NCBI GenBank assembly: GCA_000934665.2
Contig: JYFJ02001156.1
Location: forward strand, 62,001 to 91,766
Source: Catajapyx aquilonaris
Lineage: Eukaryota
DNA: 29,766 nucleotides
Direction: 5' to 3'
The notes below the pieces were generated by a model. That model was not told the DNA's origin and ran no database searches. It was given only the letters and a program-made list of their open reading frames with translations. A program made the position numbers and the translations under genes. Within the stretch, counting starts at the first letter, position 1, and every line of letters starts with the position of its first letter. Below, in pieces: positions 1 to 11,600 of the stretch.

Positions 1-3000
1 CGCACCAACAACACCTGATCAAGACTCGTTAACACATCACCGCCTGATGATGGTGACGTCGTGCGTCGATCGCTGCCTCTCGTCACCCGCATCCCTTGCG
101 TCCATCAAGCCCTGCAAACGGAAACAGGAACCAGTCACAACCATTGTTACCAACTTCACGCTTCATTACAAAACACTCTGGGAGCGAGCGAGACTGGGAG
201 AGGTTTTTGGGGGTAAAAAATGCGCAGAACGTGGAGGAATCGTGTGACACTTTGGTGTCGTCGACCGTGGTTTTCTTATATATGGCTGCTATCGTCAGCA
301 AGATGGCCTACAAATGAGACACAAACCGATGTATACAGGGTGCGAATTTTTTAAGACAAAATTATAATCATGCAGGTACCAATTTGCTGCCTGTGCGGAC
401 CATTTTTCGTTTGAGGTTATACCTCTCTGCAGGGTATAGATGTAATTGAAAATAAAATTAGCAACCCCTCCGGAGACATTGGGGTCCTCACCCCGCGGGA
501 ATTTTAATGAGAAGCAAAAGGATCCATTTGCACTCCATTTTCAACCAGCTCTCCGAGAGCTGACTTATTTTAATTGGCCAACAAATTAGCAGCGAATCAA
601 CAATGGCTCTGTGTGTATGCTCATCATCAAGAGCAATATATTGCACTCTAATTCATTTTGTTGCTGCGTACAATGCTCGAGTCCACAACTATTTATTCAA
701 TACGGAAAAAGAAGCAATGTGAGTAAAATATGAAAATTCAAGCAGAAATTTAAACTCAGCTAATATTGTTAGAAAATGCGCGGAATTCTTCACATTCACA
801 TAATTTTCAGCTAATTTGACTCTGTATCTAGCGAAAATAACTCCGCATAAAATGAAAAATCTGATTTCAACAGTGAAGTGAAATATTACTCTGAACAGGC
901 AACTAATAATGGTTACTTCTAAGCTGTTGCTGTGCTTTCAACTGGTTTCTGGAGTAAACAAACTTGGACTGACTACCTGGGGGAATGCATCACTTTGCGA
1001 AGAGTCAGCAATGTGGAACTTTCATAACATTTTCTGACATAATAAGTATCCGGCAGTAATAACAATTGCATGTTCCAGAATAAATTGGCCTACTGCACGT
1101 AAATCCTTTCCCCGGGGTGACCTGCTTGCCGAAATTGCAAAGAGGGCCGGCAACAATCATGATTCATGGCCTGTTGGTGCTTCCTGGACAAATATTGGCG
1201 GAAGCGGCTTATTTTAGACCAGCTCTACCAAAAAAAAAACCAACCTTGTACTTTTTTTTTGCTGCAAATGGGTCATGAACTCATTGCTTGTTTCGGCTTC
1301 AAGAATAAGGAATTGAGGGTCAGCTTTAGGAAAGGGCGTTCATTTTCTCCTCGCTGAAAAGATCCTTTCTTAACGGCGTGCTAGCATTTTATTGATTATC
1401 GATTTTAAACGCTTGCACTACCGGCCTTAAAAATCGGGCTTTTACGCGCACTATTGTTGCCAAGGCTTCAGGCTAGTGAAAGTGTATAACGGCCATCCTT
1501 AACTGTCACAATGTCCGATAAAAATGGCTGGCCATGCTGCAATTTCTCACTCTAATACCTTCCCAAAATATTAATCAGTGTCTGCAACAATATATTGACA
1601 GCTCTATTAGGATCGTCCTTTCCGTACTTGATCGGTCCGATCCCACTCTTCTGAAGTCTCAAGTGGCAATCAGGAAGCGAAAGAAAGGTCGAGACAAACC
1701 TAACCTGGGTCCACACAAAAGGGGTTAGCTGGCAGCACACAGCCGCGCACCAAAACGCACTGCAGTTGCGTCAAAACTACAGGAAAGATCGATCCAAAAG
1801 GTCTCTAGCAAGGGTAGGCAATACACCAACGATGCAATGGTGGTCAGTGTATAAGTTGGACAGGAAAGATAAGAGTCTTTCAAGGGCAGGTGCCAACGCC
1901 CCTTTTGACTGCAGATGTGTCGCTGCAGATAAGAGGAGAGGGTACTGCCCTGTCGAGCCAGTGGTGCCAACACGTCCGGACTATAATTCCGGAGGTCGCT
2001 GGAATCCGGGTCGTGAATCATGCCCTCAGAAACTACGCAGGAGTCGGCCCCTAATTAATCATATTGTGAGGGCTTGGGTTTACGACCTTTTTCTAATGCT
2101 CAAAGTTATTTCCGTCATAGTGGGTGCTAACTTGGGAAATTAATTACATTAAAAATCGCTTCATTAACGTTAGCAAATGGTTCAGCCAACAGATTGAAAC
2201 AAGTGATAGCAAATGAATGAAAGCACGGATCCAAAATAATAACAGTAATTTTTTTCGACCCAATTTTTCTACAAATTCACTCTCTCTGAAAGCTCTCTAT
2301 TTGTGTAGTGTTTCCCTGTGGGATGTGTGTGGTTCATGTTTTTGAGAGAAGGGTGGGGGGGTTCCATTTGCGGCCACTTTTATGGGCTCCCATTTGGGTG
2401 TTCCACCAACCAAGCTGCCAGATGAAGACGCGGACCAAATCGGGCTAAAATTAAGTTGACACCGAAAAAAAGAGATTTACGGAGGCTGCTTGCTTGGCCG
2501 CCATCCGACCAGAAGAAGTAAAGAGCTTCATCGAGCATGGAGGACGCGTCATGGACCAAGAGGCTTTCCCATGCTGCTGCGGTTCTATGAGTTACACTTA
2601 TTTCCAGGATGAGGTCACAACTGCTTACGTATTGCCTTTAAATGTTCCGATTGATATTATTGTTGTGGAACAATTGGGTCAAACATGCACAACCATCAAT
2701 GTTTATATTTTACCAAATTTATATTTAATTTGTTTGAATTTACATATTACAGTATACTTTAAAAAAAAAATAGGACGTTTTTGATATTCAAACAGTTTAG
2801 GGAATATACTCATATCGGGCAAACTATCATGTATAGTAGCTACAGGTATCATTTGACCTTTGATATGTAATAAGGTTGTACAGTACCGGCACTGGCCAAG
2901 GTTTAAATAACTGGGACCGGGTAGAGGTGTATTGTGGTGCTGTGTAATAAAAATGTTAATTCCCCCGGGAGGTTTTGAGTGTATGCGCTTTACTGCGGGG

Positions 3001-3938
3001 AGGTCAACCCAAAATTACTGCAATTAATTACTTGCAGTAGCCTACCTTGCCCTGCATTATTACAGGGCTAGGCTCTATTGCGCAATATTAAAGCTATATA
3101 CGGTACCAGTAGATGGCTGCAATTTTTTTGTCTGTATAATTAAATTTGTCGCCTTAATTGGATTCACGTAACACGTTTGTTGTTTTTACAGAGTTCATGT
3201 GTTGGTTTTTAAATATAGGAATATCAATTTAGTGAGATGTATTTAAATCTGGCGCACTTAACTAGGCATATACTGCATATACTTTTAATGAAATTCGATC
3301 AGGGAAGTTGACAAGTTCCACTGAAAAATACATTTCCAGAGAAAATTGTCATAAGTGATTAAATTCGACACCGGAAGCTGCATTATTGCTGCAGTATTTT
3401 CAATGATCAAGTGCTACTCAGTATGTTGAAACTGCTGCTGTAATACATTTACAAAAATTTAATATTATTTGCACAAGAAGCTACATTAGGTCACATGTTT
3501 ACACCAATACATTCACAGATAAGTGTACTGATAACAATAAGGTCATGTTTATTTTTATTATGGCAAACAATACCTTTTTTTTTAAACATCATGCTGATTT
3601 TAGACGATGCAAATTTTTTATCACAGTGTTGACTCGACTATTAATAGCGAAAAACACGATCGCAATATGAACCAACGATGAACTTTTTTTTATGAATGGT
3701 CCCTAATCATGACCACCACTTGATCCCATAAATAGCAATGGACACAAACATTAAATATACCGTATATTAGAGTGCAATGCGTTTAATAACCTTTTGCCCG
3801 CCCTCCCCCCTCGCTAATAATAATCAGCAATGAAGCCATACTGGCCCGAGTCCAGAATGCAGATGGCGCCCATCTTCCGGATACACTGTACTGGTACGGC
3901 GCGTACGGACGACCTTGTCGGGTTTAAAAAGGACGAGA

Positions 3939-3955
3939 GGGGGGGGGGGGGGGGG
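3939..3955. repeat. Poly-G run (17 G), with an N at 3958
   Basis: Read directly from the sequence. Confidence 0.9.
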
Positions 3956-5602
3956 AANTAAAAAGAAGAACCGGTGCGACGCCCAGCTGCCTATAGTTCC
4001 GGTTTGGCGAACATTTCGCAAAAATTTTTGTGCGCATTAAATGGCGAATCGGAGCAGGTGTCAACGCTTGCTTGCACGCACGTCCCTTTCTTAATATCTC
4101 GAGAATAAGCGTGACTTAAGAAGGATATGCGTCATCTCGATGAAAGGCTGCTGGCCACTGGATGGAAGGCGGTATAAAATTGTATACCAACGGTGATTAG
4201 TGTAATGACCCCCTTTTGAAATCGGCCTGGATAGCTTTTGATGGATCTGTGGGTGGTTGGGACTCAGACATGGAAAATACTGCAGGTTTTTTTTTTTAAA
4301 AAAAAAGCACCCAATGGTGCTGCCCGCCAGGACAAATAGTGTGTGCCAAAGAAGCAAAGCTAGACCTAAGCCAACACTTTGCAAATTACTGTTTACCTAA
4401 CGGATATAACTAATTTTCGTACTAGTCATAGCCCCGGTTTTCTAAAAATATATTCGCACGTGTGGCCCTTTTTATGCTTCAAATGTAACAAGGCAATGTT
4501 TTGTGACTCACCCTGTGACTGTGTGGCCAATTTTGGTTGACACCCGGAATGGGTAGTGCAAATAAATCAATAAAAGCCTGCAGGATTATTTGCGCATTGG
4601 ATTTCACCCCTTTCCGCCCTCAGTATAAAACAAGGTGCTCATTTTTGGAATCACGCGAACCTCCCAACTTATTGTCTCCGATAGTAATGGCTGACTCGAT
4701 GCTTCAATTGCGGTTTGGTCTTTTTTTTTAATAGTGAAGGAGAATAAAAATATATAGAACTATCCGGTCCATGTGGGCGGACCGGTTGAAATAGTGCGGA
4801 ATTTTCCCACTGCACCTCACAAAACCGCTTCAACTGCTTGTTTTATGGAGAGAAGGATCAATAAAAGCACATCTTCCTCCTGCATGCGCAAGTCCGCTAG
4901 GGAATTTGCTTGGGATTTACTAACTGCGAATAAGCCCAGGATAAATGGACTCGACGATTACAATTAAGGCTGGGATCTGACAGCTCCAAAATAGCAGGAC
5001 TTTATGAAAGTACAAGGTGTTTCAGCAGCACTAATCACCATCCGAGTCGATGCGTGTTATCCGGCAATCATGGGAGGCTACTTCTATAGGTCTCAAATTG
5101 CAAGGTTCCGGTGTTGAATCAGCAACTAGTGGGAGTGGCCCCACACACACACCTTTCCCTGCTTCCCCTAATTGATGACTGGTATGGATGAAACATATAA
5201 AACCCTCCACGTGGGCAGCAACCGAACCAATTCACTGCACCAGTCCACAATCACACGCTCCAGCTATCAAAACAAAAGCAATGGGTGTGCACCAACACAC
5301 CTGTGAGAAAGCCACGAGCAGGCTTCTAATTAAGCCAAACAAACTGCGTCGTTCGTGAAACACCCTGTGTTTTAACCGAGGATTTAACATTTAACCGTCC
5401 ATAAAAGAGAATCCCCCATTTGTGCAGACTATTGTTCCCAGAGGAGATTCGACTGGGTCCAAAACAGAGAGACGAAATAGGATCTGGTGTAGTTGTAAGG
5501 TTCTCCCCAAATCCCAATCTCCATTTGTGAGAATCCGATGAGATTGGCTTCTGGCCGGGGGTGGGTGGGTGGATGGGTGGAAGTCTGAAGGGGGGGAGAA
5601 AG

Positions 5603-5620
5603 TCTTCTTCTTCTTCTTCT
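5603..5620. repeat. (TCT)6 microsatellite
   Basis: Read directly from the sequence. Confidence 0.85.
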
Positions 5621-8600
5621 CCCCTCAGGCAACAATAGATCGCCAAGGAAACTGGAGACGGATGGACGGATCCGTCGCCTGTGAAAATCCGGAGAGATGC
5701 TAGTCCACGCCCACTTCCTATTCCCAATTGAAATGTGCGCAAAACTTGCTCCGGATTCTTGGAAGAAGGCCGAGTCGCACTCAAGCGAATAAGGGACATC
5801 CTGCTGGTTAGACGACCCGAAAAAAAAATCACACGGACGTCTCGAAGGTGGTATAACCTCCAGGATATTCCCAACCCTCGCATTAGAAACAAAAACATAT
5901 TTTATACACATTTATTTATTTGATTGTTTTACTATCCAGTGATCGGACCATTCATTTTGTTCAGAACAAACTCCATTTGACATATAATGTGCAAAAAAAT
6001 ATTTTGAAACTTGACACAATTACTGTACATCAAAATGGAGCTGAAAGTTGTCAAAATTAACTGCAGTTTCACGTTCGAAGAGAACAAACTATCCTAATTC
6101 TGATATAATGGGCCACTTTAATATAATGCATTGCAAGCAAAATTGAGAGAGATGGAAGGAAAGTAGGAGCCGACTCTGAAATATGCAAAAAAAAAAGAGA
6201 GAGAGAGACCCTGATGCCTAATCCCCTGGAACGTCTCATCATGACAAGGTCATTATCATCTACCTCATCAAAAGGTTCTGTTTTTAAACCTGACTGCTAA
6301 ATCATGGAGCCCATTACGCGACTTTTTTTTTGGCGAAGGGGGCTACTGATGAGACACAAAATTTTGCCGCATTGTTTACTTTTTCTGCATGGAAATATGA
6401 AAAATGAAAAGGGACGCAATAATGTCGCCTCAAATTAGGTTTCAAGATTTCAAATGTCTCCGTTATCATTAGGCAAAATTATATTCGCAATATGCAATTA
6501 CCTTCATATGCGCAAGAGTACAAATATTTCGTCCATATCTTACGACCTCTATTTTATCGTAATATCCATCATGTGGCCAACACTCAACATTATTACAGGC
6601 TGCGTGCCTTTCGTTTAATTAAAAAAAGAAGTCCTCTGTCCTGCGTCCCCCCGGCAAAATGAAAGAGAAAAATGGCGCCCTTCTTCTCACAATTGGTCAG
6701 TCTCTCAGTCTGATTGCCTTCCATTGTGCGAGTATCTCTGGAAGCTTCTGGATGAGGAAGAAAAAAAAAGGTTGTGCAAGATACTCAGTGCAATGTCCGG
6801 GGAGGCAGCCTGTGAAGTGTCGTGGCGGTAAAAGAAAAGGCCGTACAGGTGTCAGGTGGCCCATTCAAAATAAGACCAGAGGCAATGTGTTTCCCGTCTT
6901 AAATTCTCCTTCATCCTCTTTCTCGAAAGACAGAGAAAAAAAAAATATTGGTCCAGCAGCGTGGGTGACAGGAATGTACTAAAAACCAACGCCTCCTGAG
7001 AGTGTTTATTTTTGCACCGCACCACATTTTTCAAGTCTTTTTGTGTCTGACACACTCTGAACTCTCAAGCAGCAGGTACAACGAACGCTTCAGTTGTTTT
7101 TGTACATGGCGATTCAAAGATCAAATTTAAAAAAATATGTGTTTTTAGTGCCAGTTTGTATACACTCTTGGAATGAATGCAGGTGCAGGACATATCTATA
7201 TAAATTGTGCGCGACTGGTGTTGCTATTTTTGGAGGACTTGAAACAGCTGGGATATTATGGATGGAACGAGGAAGGCGGGTCGAAGTGACAATTATGGCT
7301 GATTTCATTAATAGTACAAGAAGGAGGAATTTTTTTCCCCCTGTCTGCTTGAAGCGCAAAAAAAAAAATGTATGGCCTCCTCCAAAAAATTTTGTTTGCC
7401 AAATTAAGCATGCTTCCTGCAGCAAGGCGGGTCTTTGACCGCTTCTGTGGAATTGCTTTACTTTTCTCAATAACTTGCATCGGTCGCGTGTAATTCCCGG
7501 CTGCGTGACTTGTTCAAAGAGAAATAAAAAAAGGGCCAGTAAAATTCCAGTTCGTGGTATAGGACCACGATGCAAATGCTGATTCTCCTACGTACATGGT
7601 TTTTTTTTAAAAATTAAAGTTTTTGGCACATCTGTTAATTCCGCTACCATTGACATGTTCTTTGGTCATGCCCGTCCTCAACAAGCAAAAAGGCGTGGTG
7701 TGTAGTGGAAAGCATTCAATTAGAGTTGAATTGGGGGCAGCCTGGGAGAGAAGAAGAAAACGTGTTTCCAGCTGACTCGAGGGATATCCTGCATTTTAGA
7801 TGTGTGTGGGGGCTTGGTGAGTCACCAGGAACGAAGGCCGTGAAGAGTGATTGGAATCTGAAGAGCTTTTCCCCCCACATCCATGGCATGGGGGAAGAGA
7901 TCTAATGGACCAACCAGGGGGTGATGCGCAAAAACCTACTGTTATATGTATTATACCAAGCTGCGTCATCCGGATTTGGTCACGATTTTTTCTGAAGCGA
8001 ATCGCACCTGTCGCTGATTAACACACCTGGCGAAAATTGGCTTTATGGCTAGGCACGGACTGTATGGCTAAAGTTCAGTTAGGGGGCGTATTATTTACTT
8101 GCAGACTTGCAGATATCAAGTGCCTGGAGAAGAACTTGTTTCTTTGGATGGACCATATTTTCCTATAGATGTTTGGCTAACTATGGTTTATGGCACCGGT
8201 TGGCCATTTGGTTGAAGTATTTTTTTTTGCAATGACTTTGTGAAAAACATGTGCTGAAATATGGCTCGCACAACTGTCAGATGTGGAAAAAAAGAGTGGG
8301 TTCTTACTAGCTCAGTTTTTTGTTGGAACTTTTCTCTAATTAAAAACAATAATAATAAAAGTAGCTTTTGTCACTGATAGCTGTGCAACTGCCTAGATTT
8401 TTTATGTATGTGAATCATAATATATAATTTTATGAAATTTTTTGCACAAGCCTTTTTCTCAAGCACCTCCCTGCACATTTCTGGCTAAAAACCACAACAA
8501 TACCGTAATTATTATAATAATACTAGCAATTTTAATTCATATTGCATTGATATTACTGCATTCCAGTAATAGTTTTTTTAAATACTTTAAATTTATTCCA

Positions 8601-11600
8601 GGATTACAATTATTTACTGAATGTTTGAGTGATCAACCACGTGGGGTGATTTGGCCATTCGGAGCAATATTTTGTGACGGTTTATGCCATCGCATCGGAA
8701 GGAGAAAAAAATTATTAGAATTATCCGGTAACATGATGACCAAATTGATTTACGCCCAGTAGTTTAGTGTTAACTCATGGGGTCATATCTCGCTCTCAAT
8801 TGGGAGTTATCTGATACTGGAACGTGGGCGTGTTCGCAAAAAATTGGCGAATGCAATGTGCAAAATATAATCTTCGCGAGAGTTTTGTTCGAGGGGTGGA
8901 AAATCACATCATGGCGTGAGAAGATCCGGTGTGTTTTCCCATAGACGTTGTATTTTTCGTTGAATTCCTCCTGCGTAATACAGGTGTAATTACCCGCAAT
9001 GTCTCTTGTACTACCATTTGAGTGTTTCTTACATAATATTAAACATTGGGAGGCTGTTAGCCTCACTGCACAGGGGCAGTGCACTTCAATCCCAGTTCAA
9101 GAGGGAGCTAATGGACGAAGTAATGTCTTGTTTACCCCCAGAAAGCAGCTTAAAGCGAAGCAGTAATCATGTCAAGTGCATGTGACATGCTGCAATGCTC
9201 CATTTTAAGTAACTAGGTCCCCCAACTATAAATGAACACCGGCCGGTAAATAAATGCGTGCATAAAAAGGGGGGCATCAGCCATATATTACAGCCAAGAA
9301 CAATGCATAACTTTGGAGAAGAATAATTTCATGTCTGAGCACTTGCCCTGCATCCCACTGTATCAACAATAAGGCAATAAAATTCCATGAAAGGGCTTCT
9401 CTGATAAATAACTATAATTATGAGCTGTGTTTGTTAGGCTGTGTCAACAGGAAGAAGCGGTATTGCGCGGGTCGACAAACCGGTTTTCCGCACACACCTT
9501 CACTTTCGCCAATGTCACCCAGAAAAAAATCTCCATTCATTTCTATCCATTTTTTTTAAACGCCATATGTCTTCCGCTTCCTATGGTTTAGCCCGAATTG
9601 TTGAACGATCCTCAATCGGTATCTACCCCCTCAAGTATTGACTGGCAAACCACGTGGTCACAACAGTGACACCCCGGAAGTGCTGCACCTGTCACCTGCT
9701 GCGAGAGATATAAAAGGTGCTCACCTCTTAACAGATGCGACTGTCGTGGACTACAGAGAGACACTTCCTAGTAAACTCTGGGCTGTATGAAAGCAGTATA
9801 TTGCCAGCCTTGCCCTTGCCCTTCTGCTTCAAAGGCGCGCTATCGAACCGTCTACGTCACACCCCATCGTCACGGCCAACCCTCCAGTCACATTAATGTA
9901 TACAACACACGCCAAATATATGCATCTTCTAATTCCCAGACCAAACAATCAGTGTGCCTCAAAAAAATATGATGACACTTTGAAAAAGGATACCATCCTG
10001 GTTAGATAAAGTGCGACCTTCGGTGTCACCAGCCGCCGAGTGTCACGTGTAATTGGTGTACTATTTTTGTACATTATTCCTTGTATTAATCGCTCGGATA
10101 CCGGAAATGTATAAAAATATTTCGCCATGTCCAGTATACTTGTTAAAATATTTTGGCAGGGGACAGTTCGACAACCTTTTGAGTGTCGCGTACCTTTGAT
10201 TTCCGATGAGGGTGGTTGTCCTGATTGGTTCCCTCTGTGTCCTGCAGCCCTGCTGCAGAAGCTGATCCGGACAGACGAAGATTTAATCGAGAGCCACTAT
10301 ACAGGAAATAAAAGAGAAAAGAAAAATCCGGGGATTAAAATGCTGGATTGCAATGTGGCGGCACTGTAGGTGGCCTCTGATTGGAAGTCTCTCGGTTCTG
10401 TATAATTAGATTAGATTGTAGTACCAGAGGGCACGTAAACATTGGGAACAAAAACGAGGATAACGACAGACCCAAAAAAGTGGACAAATTGGGCTGTGCA
10501 GATTGGAATTTTGTCATAACCTTGTGCACGTCATATCATGATAAAAGAGTAAATCCCTTTCAACTTGTCAACAATCATACGCAATGTAAGTAGTGCAGTG
10601 ATGTCAGAGCAACTGTAATAATTGTACTGATAGCCGTATTTGCATGAAAATTTATTATTTAGCCTACTGGTACTTTGATGTGTAATATTTTGTGGCAGGT
10701 TGTATACATATTATCATATTGGATTTTACTACTAATTACAGCTGATTGTCGTCTACAGCCAATACCTCTGCGGCCCACTGCAGTCGAGTTGCAATGACTC
10801 ATCCTGTACAGCTGATAGTGACGTCACATTATAAGCGCATCGCATTTCTGGCAACGCAGACTGTACGGCGAGTCTCGAGAGTTCTTTATTTTTTCAATAT
10901 CGTCTCGAGACTCTTATCATGAAAATCGGAAACCCATATTTTGCAGCTATTATTTTAGCTTTACGCCAGACCACACCAAAAAATGACCTTTTGACCTCGA
11001 TTCTGCTCCGGTTTTTAAATCCTCGCGCATTTTTAAACAAATTCCCAGACAATAATACTGGCGTCAACTTACAGGGCTAACAACAACGTGCGCGGTAAGA
11101 CATGCGTACCGTCAACTACAAAACAGACCGACGGCATGCATCTAAAACGTCACAAAAACACACTACGCCCGCCCCCAAAAAATCGAGCTAAGTCTGGACT
11201 TACGCAGTTGAGCCTCTCCAGTGTGAAACTGATTTAACTGATTTAGCGATATTATTTTTTAAAAACAAATTGGCGAAAACAAAGAGCAGAGAAATGTAAA
11301 ACCGTGTGCTTTCGGTTCGGGACAGAGCGCGAGAGTGAGTGTTCGCCGGGAGATGGCAAGGGCTTGGGGATGCAGGGGAGGGTTGGAAATGGGTGGGAAA
11401 GAAAAAAAGAGCTGGGAGACGCCAACGACGCCGACGCCGTTTTGCAGCCCTCTCTCAGCTGTATTGACAAGCGCAGAGCAGGAGGCGCGGAGGACACCGG
11501 TTTGGTCGATGCGGGAACCGACGACGCACCCGGACATACACACTATAAAAAAAATAATATAGAAAAAAAGGGGTTCGACACCTTCAGCATGTGTACAATA

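Noticed and set aside
2494..2784. 96-aa ORF with a GC-richer first half
   Set aside because: Non-ATG start, no recognisable family, and no convincing flanking splice-site pair.
5326..5911. 190-aa and 160-aa minus-strand ORFs
   Set aside because: They run through simple repeats ((TCT)6, G-rich tracts), have low-complexity composition and show no recognisable domain.
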